Shown: piece by piece, positions 1 to 12,420 of the stretch | Numbering within the stretch: the stretch's first letter is position 1 | How the letters are laid out: every line of letters begins with the position of its first letter | Assembly (NCBI GenBank): GCA_024137785.1 | Contig: JAHRHZ010000066.1 | Span: 2,663,880 to 2,727,879 of the forward strand | Origin: Ginglymostoma cirratum | Lineage: Eukaryota | Reading direction: 5' to 3' | DNA: 64,000 nucleotides | Position numbers and translations under genes: made by a program | Notes under the pieces: generated by a model | What the model saw: only the letters and a program-made list of their open reading frames with translations | Told to the model about the DNA's origin: nothing | Databases searched by the model: none

Positions 1-1004
1 AACTGTGCCTAATTGCACAAAACTAGATCTAAAATATCCTTATTCCCAATATGTTTCACACCGCATTGCTTCAGGAAACTCTCAAAGGCAATGTACAAAG
101 TCATCTTTTAAACATTTTTGTTAATTTGATTGGATCCAGTCTCCGTAGAAGTTAAATTCCCTGAAATTATTACATTCGTTTTGTCATAAGCTTGAATTAT
201 TTCATTGTTTACTGTTCTATCAAATGGTATAACTTCAGTTAGGGAAGCTTATCAGAACACGTACTGTGAGAGGCTAATATTGTAATGCTTAGCAGTGTTT
301 GGCGTGATTCTTTGTAAGAGTTAATAAACATTAACAGCCCTCTCATACTGATGGTCAGAAACTGGACTGCCCATGCAAAGAATGTATCTGTTAATCATTT
401 GACAACCGTTATCCCCAATTCAGCCTGAAAGGAACTGCTGGACCAGGAGTTTGGAGCTAATGGTCCAGATAGTTGTAATAGCATTGAAATGGTCAGTGTA
501 ATCCATCTTACTCTATTAAACTACCAGAATCTTCTGGAATCTGCCTATGTGCAGTTAAGTACAGAAATCGAGACCTTGAGGTCACTGATTCCTTACTCTA
601 AAATGGGTGCTATTGAAGGCCTCACAGATGAAAATCATTTAGAAATCACTGAATCACATGAACTTCCACTTTAAACAAAGACATTCTTATTCTAAGAACA
701 TTTGAAAATGCACACTTTGAATATGGTGTAAGGTGGATTTTAAAGGCATATAAATTCATAATTATTGAAGCTGTAAGGCTTGAAAAGCTAATTCTTTATT
801 TGTGAAATGTCAATATTCTCCATAGACTCTTGAAATTTGAATTAATATTAGTATTTTAAAAGTTGAATATCTTAGTTACTATCTTAATCTGAGGTACTTG
901 TCTCAATTGTTGTTTTACTTTCTGGAAAATTCTAAACAGTGATAGGAAGAAATATACTTGTTCCCTTCTACTCTCCTGTCTGAAAATGCTTCAAACTATG
1001 TGAT

Positions 1005-2198
1005 GACACAAACTTTTCTGGATGTGTAGTTGAGGGTAGTGCAGTTGATGTAATTTATTTGGATTTCAGGAGGGCCTTTGACAAGGTCCCACATAGGAGA
1101 CGGATAAAGAAGGTAAAAGCACATGGGATCCAGGGTAACTTGGGAAGTTGGATCCAAAATTGGCATAGTGGTAGGAGGCAGAGTGCGGTGGTAGGATGCT
1201 GTTTGTTTGACTGGTAGCTGGTGTCCAGTACTATGTCCCTTATTGTTTGTGATATTCATGAATAATGTAGATAAGAATCTGGTGGGAGTGGTGATAAGTT
1301 TGCAGATGACACGAAGATTGACCAAGTTGACAGTGAGGAAGAAGGTGTTAGGTTACAGGAGGATATGAATGGATTGGGAAGATCAATGGCAGATGGAATT
1401 TAACCCTGATAAGTGTGAGGAGACACACTTTGGAAGAGGCAAGGGAGTACTCAATGAATGGCAAGATACCAGGAAGCTGAGAGGAACAGAGTGATCTTGA
1501 GGTGCTTGTCTACAGATCTCTGAAGGTGGCAAGGCAGGTTAATAGAGTAGTTAAGAAGGCATTCAGGATGCTTGCCTTTATTAGTCTAGGAATAGATTAG
1601 AAGAGCAAGGAGGTTATGTTAGAGCAGTACAGGATTTAGTTAGGCCACAGCTAGAGTACTGTGTGCGGTTCTGATCACTGCACTCTAAGAAGAATGTGAT
1701 TGTACTGGAGGGGTTGCAGAGGAGATTCACCAGATGTTGCCTGGGTTGGAGCATCTTAGCTATGAAGAAAGGCTGGTTAAGCTCAGGGTTTTTCTTTACA
1801 GTAGAGAAGGTTGGGGGGGGGGCCTTATAGAGGTGTTTAAGATTATGAGTGGCACGGGCAGGGTGGATAGAAAGCAGCTGCTCTAGTTAGTTGAAGCGTC
1901 AATAATAAGGTGGCACACTTTTAAAATCAAAGGCAGGAGATTTAGAGTGGACTTAAGGAAACAATGTTTCACCCAGAGGGTTGTAGGGGTCTGGATCGCA
2001 TTGCCTAGAAAGGTAGTTGAGGTGAGTAATCTCAGAACTTTTTACAAAGTACTTGGATGAGCACTTTAAGTACCCTAACATTCAGGGCTGTGGGCCTAGT
2101 GCTGGAAAGTGGGATGAATGTGGATTTAGTGTATTTTGTTGTTGTGGACTCAGTGGCCTAAAGGGCCTCTTCTGTACTGCATAATTCTATGATTCTAT
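1005..2198 (+). mobile_element. CR1-clade (HER1-like) LINE, 5'-truncated, decayed
   Basis: RT motifs VDVIYLDFRRAFDKVPH (about 1045-1095) and KFADDTKI (about 1296-1320), CR1 C-terminal region, and ATTCTATGATTCTAT tail at 2184-2198. Confidence 0.9.
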
Positions 2199-5100
2199 AC
2201 CTGATGCTAGAATGAAATTAATATCGGGAAAGGTTAAACCCATATAGTAACACTAGTTTAATCTTTTTGGGCGAGTTTTATTTCCCCAAGATCGATGTTG
2301 TATGCCACACTTCACTGACAATCACAAAATCGAGCTACTTTCAAGTTTACTGTTAGTGGTAAAACAGTGCCTCTCTGAGAAGTGGCACTGGCCCAGGACT
2401 AGAGACAAGCACTTTTGTGCCACAGCAACACAAAAAGTATGCAGTCTTTCTCATGCACCCCTCATTGCTGAGTGTTAGCATACAAGTAAATGGATCTATA
2501 AATAAAGTGGTATAGATGGCTACAAGTGGATTCTTGACCTCCTTCTGTTGCATCTCCTCATATTTCTTTCTTCATCACTACAGAAAATACAAATGGAAAT
2601 CATTAGCCTATCTCCTATGGTAAACACTAACTGGTGAAAATTGTAAGTTTAGAAGGAAGTCACAAAAATAAGCTTTACTATTCTTCTCTTGCAAAGTTGC
2701 AGCAAACAAGATTTTTTTCAAAATGACGTGACGTGAATAGAAAAGGGATGTCACCCAGCAGTTCTGAACAACAACAACAAATGAAGAAGCTATTAGCTTC
2801 ATTCTTCAAGGTGTTTCCAGCACTGCCATGGTTCATTCATCCCAGCTCACATCCTTATCACATCTACCTTGACCCATGTGCATTGACCGAAGCAGATTAC
2901 CCCTCTTCTGTCTGCTTCCTCATCTCAAATGCCACATTGTCCTGCAACAAATGAAGTTAAAGTTGAGTTGTTGGTATCGTGAACATCAGACGTGCGACAG
3001 TTCCACATCTGGTGTGTGAGTAAATGAACAATCATTGTGCAGGTTTGTTGTTTGGTAGACCTGTTTTGTGGGGTGATGTGCAACCATCTCCTGTTATTAT
3101 TCGTGGTAAGAAAGCATAGAGGGCTTTGCATGCTGTCCCATTCAGCATGTAACAGGGTGCAAGTAAACTATTATTGACCTGTGTAAGTTGCATGTCTACT
3201 TGGTAATAATGCAGTGTTGGTAACCTTACCTTGACACAATATGTGAGGCTGCTCAACTTTATTCTCATCTGGTCCCAGTCTCCCAGATGTTTTGGACCAC
3301 CGGTAGCCATTCTTCACAAACATCCTCGTTATTTCCTTTAAAGAGTACAGTAGCTATAGTCATTATGTCTTCTTCACAAAATGGGAAGATCCATTCATTT
3401 CTTCATTTCCTTTTATTGTGCACACAATAGAAGAGAATATCTTATTTTCTAATTTACTCCCACAGATCTACATGGGCCAAGAATTTGCAATGCATAGCTA
3501 ATAAGGTCAACCTTGGGAAATGGCATGAAAACAAATTGCTGGAATCGTAGTAAACATGACACTAACTGATCCAACCCTGCTGCTTCACGTCAGAAGCAAA
3601 ACATTTTCCCAACTTTCTTCATTGCTGAGGCTGAAATAAAACCTAGTCTGAACAGCACTGGAGAAAAAAACTAAATCAGAGGTGCTCCATAAACCTTTCA
3701 AGGGATGAAGATGGGAATTGTATTGGAACAGGCAGGGTTGGAGATTGGGAAAGATTTTACTGGAGAATAAAGGATAAGCTAGGAAGAAGAAAAGTAGATA
3801 AGCCAGCTGTTGACCTATGTTGTCAGATAGGAACTCATGCCAAACGTGCGCGTGTTGATAAAGTATAGATTTTTATTTTTAGAAATTATGTTTTTGATTG
3901 CTGCAACAATCTGATCTAACACAAACATCTGGTCACATTTTCCTTCCAGCAAGTGATAGTTGTTACACCGAAATTAATTTTTAAAACACAAACATCAAGG
4001 CCAAGTCTGATTCACTACATGATAGCACAAGCCCTGGTTATCTGAAAGAAATGTTCCCCACACCCCACAACCACCATTGATTATTACTTCATTCCTGGTG
4101 TAAGAAATCCCAGGGAGACAGATTAAAATCTCAATGGTAATGTCACATTCTGGTGATGCCATCAGTGGATGAACACAGTTTTAACTGCAGCAGGCTGAGG
4201 TTCACGTGGTTGCTTTGCAATGCTGCCATCTGTATCTTCTAAGTGTGCAGGCCCTTTTAGGGACTTACACGGTCCAATGTGTTTGGGGAAAGTCCAGTAA
4301 GAACAGTCTCATACAGTTAACAAGTTCCAGTTTATTGTATCTCTGCAACCGTTTATAGGTTATAAGAGTGAGTTCTCACATTACTTCCCAGACTGTTTGC
4401 AGGATCCAACTTTCAGTCTGTCTTCAACTATACTTAAGTCTTCCCCACCAAATCCTGAAGGCATCATCACAATGGATGGAGCTTATTTCACACAGTCATG
4501 TATTACCTCTTTCAGATCCTTTGAGACCCATGTACAAGTCTCCAGGTCTGCAGCAAAACATGGCAAAGCAATATCCAAGTAAATGTAAATCCCTTCATTG
4601 TTTTTAAAGGTTCTTTGTGCACTTGGTAAGTCAGAAGAGCTCCTCTTGGCCAGTCAACACTACTTAATCCTTATCTGATTACGGTCAAGAAATTTTCTAT
4701 AGTTCTTAGGAAGGACCTACCCACTGATGACCCTCCACATCATGCCCACCGCACCAACCCGTCCCCAACTGACAATGCCGCACCTTTCAACTATGAAGTT
4801 AGCTGGACCAGATTTGACCAGGAATCGCATTCGGGCATGCAAAAGGAACACATAGGAGTTAAAATCCCCTAGCAGCGCATGCTCTGGAGTCCAAATGGAT
4901 TGGCACACACTTCTGTCCTAGTCCCAGCACCCACACATTTTAAAATTGACCAATTTATTTCTATTTCAGTGAAACATTTTTTAAGAATTTCTATTAATTA
5001 AAACTGAAGGTTTTTTTTCACCACAGCGTGAAATAGAGTTTAAAAACAGAGCTGGGAATTTGATTTGTTTTCGAAATGTTGCCAATTAGAGCATATAATT

Positions 5101-5589
5101 AGCATATGTTAAATTATCATGCATCCTTGCACATTGCCTGTTTGAGAAACAATGGCAATGTGAGTGGTCAGTGCAGGGATGTGTTATCCTGGGAGCAAAG
5201 ATTCGCATTAGTGAAATTCTGCTCTCCTGATTTTTCATCAGCTATAAATTCAAGCTTTCTCCCAAATGTATCTCTCTGTTCAGATACAACGTTTTTTCCA
5301 TTGCATGCATTATTTTTATTCACGATAACAAAACATTAAAAATGACTTCACCTTAAAAGTATTGACAGCTGTAGCCTCAAACCCTTTGAATTCATTCCAT
5401 AATGAAGCAGATGCTCGGACGTGAAGACAAAAATTTCATTCTTCCCTAGAATCCTCAATGTCACAAGGCCATTACATCTTCCAGCCAATGTGACAGCCGT
5501 GTGTAGCCCAGAGATTCCGTGGTCAAGTGCTTAACTGGCTGTGAAACGTAGAAAGGTGCTCCGCAAATGCAAGTTAAGGGTCAGTTGCC

Positions 5590-5780
5590 TGATTGTGATG
5601 CAGTGTGACACCAATGGTATCAGTTCAATTCCCACACTGGCTGAGGTTACAATAAAGGACCCTCCTCCTCAACCTCTCCCCTCGCCTGAGGTGTGGCGGC
5701 CCTCGAGTTAAACCACACCCATCGTCTCATTCTAATGAGAGAGCAGCCATCTGCTCTATTGAGGTTATAACATTACATTC
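5590..5780 (+). mobile_element. tRNA-derived SINE-like fragment
   Basis: B-box-like AGTTCAATTCCC at about 5622-5633, followed by a GC-rich body and an ACATT-repeat tail. Family not named with certainty. Confidence 0.5.
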
Positions 5781-6638
5781 TTTCTTTTACCGCTACCATT
5801 ATTTTCACTGTTCTAGGTACCAAGTCTGCCGTCTAATAACAGCCTCCATCCATTATTCTCCTTCTTTCATTCACATACACCTTATCCAGAAAGAAAAGTA
5901 TTGGGCTTCTGTTCAGCAATAGTGTGCTGCATGTGGGAAACTCATTGAGGTCTAGGATCAAGCATATATCCCTCCACCTACTGAACATGTTGTATCAACA
6001 CGTTTGTAAGTAAACTGCAATCATTGCACATGATGGACTTCAATGTGATGACATAATATTTATCCGTGATTTGTTTAAGGCATTTCAGAGCAATGATGTT
6101 GGGAGGAGCAGTAGTCTACAAGAACGTTGTTCAATAAAAGACAGAAGGTTCAATTAGACAGACAGCACCAGCGTACATATGCGCTGAATGAAAAATCTAG
6201 ACACAGTCATAAATGCACACAGTGAGTTACACTAAAGCAACAACATTTACTTTGACCAACAACCTGTCTTCAAACCCACACTTTAAAACTAAAAATTTTC
6301 TTCATTTTTGGGGAGTAATGACATCTTAATACTATCTTTTATTTGACAGCATTACAGGGTAGCCTTTCTGTCTGACAGAACTGGGCCTGTAAGTGTGAAA
6401 CATACACTTTTGATCTGTGAAAAATGAAGAAGTCCTTTTGAAAGATTCCTCCCAATGGAATCTGGTCCTTTAGGCTGTCTGAAACAACATCCTACAAAAC
6501 GTATGCAAAAACACCAATCATACATAAATGAATTACGTTTAGACTTTTCTTTTTTGATACAAAATCAAACTTTCAGCCATTTAGTAAGGTCGTACCTGAC
6601 ATTCCATAGAAGCTTTGGCAGAGTGGATGCTATACTTA

Positions 6639-6762
6639 CATAACAACAAAAACAGTTGCTGGAAAAGCTCAGCAGGTCTGGCAGCATCTGTGAAGGAGAA
6701 AACAGAGTTAATGTTTCAGGTCCAGTGACCCTTCCTCAGAACTATACAGAACTATAGCTTTC
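6639..6762 (-). mobile_element. Penelope-like terminal mini-element with hammerhead motif
   Basis: Homologous to copies at 37.4, 47.4, 54.3 and 57.3 kb. Flanked by 9-bp direct repeat CTATACTTA (6630-6638, 6763-6771). Confidence 0.7.
6706..6743 (-). ncRNA. Minimal type-I hammerhead ribozyme motif (probably impaired)
   Basis: RNA reads AGUU-CUGAGGA-A-GGGUC-ACUG-GACCU-GAAA-CAUU-AACU. Both core boxes, helix I and helix II are present; helix III has C.A where CG has decayed. Confidence 0.55.
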
Positions 6763-6929
6763 CTATACTTAGATCTTCTGTGAGACGTGTTACTTGGTGA
6801 AGCTAATGCCTTCGGCATATTTCTTCATTTTATCCTGAGCACCCAGCAATGAGTAGGAATCCAGTTGTTTGCCAATTGATGGATTTTTTGGGGGGTAATT
6901 CTGCAGACATCACAGTGTTTGTCCTAAGT

Positions 6930-7270
6930 TGGAATGGATGGAAGAAATCAAGTCCGGCAGAAGTGTGGGAATGGTGGGCCATTTCAGTTCCACAGTAGTG
7001 GGATTGGGAGTGGTCAGGTTGTGTTCAACAGTGGGATGGTGGTCGGGCGTGGAGCAGGTGAACATGTTTGGCAGTGCGGTGGTGGGGGGATGTTCAATGG
7101 CATTGGGGAGAGGGGTCAGATCCAGTCCAATGGTGGTGAGAGAGGTGTCAGGTGTAAGATGGGGATTTGTGCAGTGGTGGAGAAAGGAGGTTTGGGTTCC
7201 CTGGTGGGATGAGATCCAGTCGAGGTAAGGGGCATGTTGGGGGATGTGGCAAGGAGCAGTCTGTTTAATA
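6930..7270. repeat. G/T-rich degenerate minisatellite / low-complexity tract
   Basis: Recurring CAGTGGTGG and GATCCAGT-like units with strong G skew. Explains the two overlapping Gly/Val-rich ORFs. Confidence 0.55.
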
Positions 7271-8139
7271 GTCGAAGATTTCCCAAATAACTACTTACTT
7301 ATCCTCATCAGAACTCTCCAAATTTTCAAACTGTAGACCTTCAGAGGGATTAGAGTCAAGGGAATCTTCAATTTCCTGGGTAATTCTTTTGGGATGTGCT
7401 ATGGTGGGAATTCCATTGGCAACCCATGTGTAACTCCCAATTTGCTGGAATAATGACTCTGCCCATCAGGACTAATGGATGAAAGGTAGGTCTGTTTGCA
7501 TGAAAACTGCACAGTTATACCCACAGTATCTCTTATGACTGCGAGCAAAGACTTCAAAGCACAGTACTGAAAGATGTAATCAAATGAATCAAATTGTGAT
7601 GAAAGGTATTATTATGAATTTTGTAATTTGCATTGTTTTAAGAGAGGTCAGTGGATTACAGTTACTACTGTGAAGATTTTTTTCTGAAAAGGTAAGCAAA
7701 TATTTCTGGAAGAATGATTCACATCTGGATTTCTCACAAAAGCAAGTGAATGCTTTTTATTATCTATAAAATAAAATCTATTATATTAGTTTGACGGTTT
7801 GAGTCAGACAACATCAGACTGGAGTTCAGAAACAAGTTTTGGTTTTCTGTCCCAGCATGAGTTCAGGGAGGCCATTAGACCAGCACAAGTGTCTGCTTCA
7901 TTCATCTCTCAGATCAAGGGAGTTTGAAAAGAAATCTACAAGTTATTGGAATGAAGGAATTCAGGATTCTTAGATTTGTCAGCAGATTCAGAAAGAAAGT
8001 TTCAAATTGTTTCCACAATCTTTAGCTGCTGTCCAACTGTTGTTTTAATTCTCCGCCAGTTGGCTCAGCAAGACTCTGATGGGCTTCTAGGTCTTCCTTT
8101 GCTGCCTAAGCTAAGTGGATTTCTTACTGCACCCTTCCC

Positions 8140-8672
8140 TGGGTTTGCTACAGCCATGGATGTTATTGCAGAGAACAGAGCTCCTGTTCACAGGAGATCG
8201 GATGACTCCTCCAGTAGGTCCCCAGCATTACAGATACTAGACACAATCTAGGACAAAGCAGCCCACTTGATTGGCACTGCTTCCACAAGCATCTGCTCCA
8301 AACAGTATGTACCATCTACAAGTTGCACTCTAGAAATTCACCAAAGATCCTCGAATAGCACTTTCCAAACCCATGACCACTTCCATCTAGAATGGCAAGG
8401 GTAGCGGATATGTGGGAACACCACCCCCTGCAAGTTCCCCTCCAAGCCACTCACCATCCTGACTTGGAAATATATTGCTGTTCCTTCACTGTTGCTCTGT
8501 CCAAATCCCAGAATTCCCTCCCTAATGGCATTGTGGGTCAACCCACAGCAAGTGGACTGTGGCAGTTCAAGAAGGCAGCTCACCACCACCTTCTCAACAG
8601 CACCTAGGGATGGGCAAGAAATATTGGCCAGGCAGTGATGCCCACATCTCACAAAATTAATAAAAATAAAAC
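8140..8672 (+). mobile_element. 3' end of a CR1/L2-group LINE (same family as 50530-52160)
   Basis: LDTI*DKAAHLIG-type ORF2 end. 3' block TTCAAGAAGGCAGCTCACCACCACCTTCTCAA...AGGGATGGGCAA and A-rich tail. Confidence 0.8.
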
Positions 8673-8912
8673 CCATCCACACTACTTATCCTCTTATACT
8701 TAGAATGTTACTCTGCTCCAAAATATTGTACTGCTCTCTGGCCCTAACCTGAACCATGTTTTGTTCACCCTGCTAAAGCAGTTTTAAAGATTTTCTCCAG
8801 CAACAGCCTGTTTCAGATTGACCTCTTTGAATATCTACTTTTCTCTTAATATTTCAAATTGTGTTTTTGGTGTCTCAGGACTAGGTAGGGATGACATACT
8901 TGGTTTCTATGT

Positions 8913-9829
8913 TGTTATGCCTCATTGGGGTAGCACACCGGAAATAAAGCTCCCCACTATTCCCAGAGTCATCACAAAAGTTGGTGATTTTAGAAAGTAC
9001 TAGGAATTCCCCAATTTATCTGCCGTTTACATCTAGGTTGACAGAAAACTTGGACCAGGTTTCTGCACTTAGGAAAAATTATTATTTGCTTCAAGTAATT
9101 AGATCTTAGCTACAGGTAAACAATTATGAACTGTCAGCACGTAATTCTACTAGTTGAAACCTCAATCCCCTTATAAACTCCCCCTCACACACAGACAAAA
9201 ACATGGGCTAGATGGACGAAAGGAAATACTGGGAAAGCCTTTCAATGGTTCCTGTGTGTAGGGCTGCTGAGATTCCTGTACAGGTCAGAATGCTGCTTCT
9301 CAGCCTTCCTTCTCTGGAGGCTTTCACTGGTTTGCAAAGGGCTGGGGTGGCTGGTTCTAGATGTTTCTTTTAATCAATCTAAAATCACAGCTTAACAGCA
9401 ACTGCTGATGGAAAGATAAATTGGTTTTTCTCTGTTGCTTAAAGTGGCTTTTACTGCAGAGCTCCTGATCTAGAGGTAATCTGTTGACCTTTCTATATCT
9501 TGTTCATAGCCCCAAACCATTCAGCTGCTGAGAACCGATCAATCACATAGTTGCTGGCATACAGAAGGCAAACCGTAAATTTGATTGCAAACCAATTAGC
9601 TGTTTGTTGCCAACCAAAGCTTTATCTATATAGAATTCCCTCAGCTCCAGTTTATCTGTAACCACACTTTAATCTGCTCTTACAAGCAGCTGTGTAAACA
9701 ATACTTGCAACGAATGTCCAGTTACTTGTTTTCAAATAATGCAGCAATCATACACCAATGCTTGGTTTCAAAACAGTCCTTTTCTCATTACAGTCCACAA
9801 GAAAAATACTGAAAAACACAGTTATTACA
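8913..9829. mobile_element. Solo LTR-like element
   Basis: Begins TGTTAT and ends ATTACA. Flanks ATGT/ATAT (3 of 4 match). Non-coding, with CCAAT-like motifs inside. Confidence 0.45.
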
Positions 9830-11740
9830 ATATCTAATCAGAAGGTCTTTCTATGTGGTTCTTTAAAATGGCGGCACTTGCATGCTTCCAGTTTCTTGCG
9901 TCAGTTTGTTTTCTGTTTACCTCTGTAACCGCACCCAAGCTTGACTATTCGCTCAGAGAACAGACAACGCGCACTCATACATTGAACACTAGACATCTCC
10001 CTCCTTGTAACACCAAACCATTATATTTTAAATTAAACAATGTTAAACAATAAATGTATGTATAATGAGTCATTTTTTGGGAGTACAGTCTGTTTCCTCT
10101 AAATACAGAAATATTCTTTGAGTTCTGAAGGTTGCTGATGACAGCTAGGAGATTTATAAACTTGAAGTTGTGGTTGTGTGTGATCAGCTCAGTGAGGTGG
10201 ATGATCAACATTATTAGCAGTCATTAGAAAAGGAAGTAGATCCTCTAAATTGCTGTCCTTGAAATATCCTGTTCAGTCTAAATTGTCTCACATTCCACTT
10301 TGTGTTGTCTTCCAATTCTTTGGCATTGGTGGCAAGCAATGCTTAATCTGCTTTAATACTGACAGAGATGATATGAATACGTGAGCATGATTTGACTCTT
10401 TGACTTGAACCCAGTCTTTAACCTCAAACTGTGACTATATACACTTGTTGAAGTAAGCTTTTGCTTCACCTTGTTGCAGTAAGCTTTTGCTTCACCTTGT
10501 TGCTTGGCAATTTATTCTGCTTCAGCTCTGACGTTCTCATTGGAGAGCAGTGATGGCTTAAGAATGGTCAGTGGCCTGTGACGGTTATCCTATACTTGAT
10601 TGCCTTTTCAGTTATAGGTTGTGGGATGGATTCATTTGTACAAAGTAGGATATGACTGAAATATTTTCCATCCAACATACCTACTTTCAGACTTCCATTG
10701 ACTATTCTGCTGAATTCTTTGATACAACCCAGAATTGAATGATGGTATCATTATTTCAGACAGTGGCGAATTCTGTGGCTGCTAGGTGCTCTCTGCACTG
10801 TCAAAAAGCAAGTTGTGATCTATTGTCTTCAGCATTAATCTCTTACAAATCCCATTTTGTTAGCAATGTATTTAAAATGTCAATGATTGAGATAGTGGTT
10901 GTTGTAAGTGAATTGCAACAGGCTTTATCAATCTTTGTAAATTGTAATGTTTAATTAGACAGGCCACCTCATCTAGAATCCTAGACCCACAAGCTCCAGT
11001 GCACATGATCTGATTTCACAGTGGCCAGCTCTTTTTGCCTATACTTAGTGTTATAATTCCCTTTGCTGTACTGTTACGGAATTTGTTGTAATGATTTCAG
11101 GCCATTAGCTATTTAAATTATAAATAGCAAAACATATTTATAGCTAGGAACAATTTGCCCTTCGTGAAAAGTATCCATTTAGAGTTGATGCTGTTATTTT
11201 CTTGATCATGGTGTCTATTGTCGAGGTGCAACACACTGTTTAACAGTTAGCTATCCATTTTTGGGCCATCTGACTGCTTCATGGGATTCATTATTTCAAT
11301 TTGACACCCAGATGGTCGTCTTGCAAGACACAATCCATATTGACGTAGCACTTTTGGATTACCATTCAATTTTTGCATGCGATACATTTGTCATCAAACA
11401 GTACAAATTAATTGTACACCCTGTAGTATAGGTTCTGCCTTTCCTCTATTTCAAAGTCCTGATCTTTGTCAATACAGAATTCTGTGAATAGACACTCAAA
11501 CACACCTTTTGTAAGTAACAAATGGTACAAGATATTGGCTTTACTCTGTGAATGGTATCTAAAGGTAACTTCACAGGTCAAATGTCATATCCAATACTGC
11601 AATGTACCATTTTGAACTTCAAACTAATTTTGTATTTTAAAACTAGACACACAAAGCTGTAAAATATGGCTGCCCAGGGGTCACTTGACTGGTGTGGATT
11701 GAAACTACTTGCCTATCTCAAGAGGGCAATGCCATAGATC
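9830..11740 (-). mobile_element. Highly decayed Gypsy LTR retrotransposon: integrase, PPT and start of 3' LTR
   Basis: Hand translation of the minus strand gives LQDDHLGV and WPK..MD..VKQC (HHCC region, about 11225-11330), then TTTISIIDILNTLLTKWDL*EINAEDNRSQL and YHHSILGCIKEFSRIVNGSLK (DDE core remnants, about 10690-10915). PPT AAGGAGGGAGA (9996-10006) abuts TG at 9995. Confidence 0.65.
10452..10503. repeat. Perfect 2 x 26 bp tandem duplication
   Basis: AGTAAGCTTTTGCTTCACCTTGTTGC at 10452-10477 and 10478-10503. Confidence 0.95.
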
Positions 11741-11744
11741 TTTA

Positions 11745-12420
11745 AAATGACACAAACAGGTACAGAAAACAATTGACAAAGCTAAGGGGAATGCTAACCT
11801 CCATATCAAGAAGGCTGGAGTATAAGGATGTAGAAGTCATGCTGCAGTTATTCAAAACCCTGGCTAGATCCCACTTGGAGTGCTATGAGCAGATCAGGGC
11901 ACCACACTTTAGGAAGGATACACCGGCATTGGAGGGAGTACAACTTGGATTACCAGAATGACACCAGGACTTCAGTGGTTGAGTTATAAAGAGAGATTAT
12001 ACAAATTGGACCTGTTTTTGTCAAGAATTTAAAGGTTATGGAGTGATCTGATTGAAGTCTTCAAGATATTAACAGGAAAAGACAGGGTAGACATTTATAA
12101 ACTATTTCCACTGGTTGGGGATTCTAGAAATGACGGATTATTGTTTGAGAATTGGAGCCAGACCTTTCAGGAAAGATGTTGGGAAGTACTTCTACACACA
12201 AAGGGTGGTAGAGGTTTGGAACTCTCTTCCACAAATGGCAGTGCATGCTAGATCAGTTGTTAATTTTAAATCTGAGATAGATAAATTTTTATTAGGCCAA
12301 GCTATTAGGGGATAGGGGGCAGAGACAGGTATATGGAGTTAGGCCACAGATCAGCCATGATCTTACTGAATTGTGGAACAGGTTCAGAGAGCCTACTGCT
12401 GTACCTACATTCCCTTACTT
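11745..12420 (+). mobile_element. CR1 LINE 3' fragment
   Basis: ORF track peptides LQLFKTLARSHLECYEQIRAPH and FYTQRVVEVWNSLP are typical of the CR1 ORF2 C-terminus; 3' UTR GATCAGCCATGATC. Confidence 0.88.

Noticed and set aside
2350-3320. Possible second Gypsy 3' remnant (NNRRWLH resembling RRNRRHL)
   Set aside because: Only one weak motif; insufficient support.
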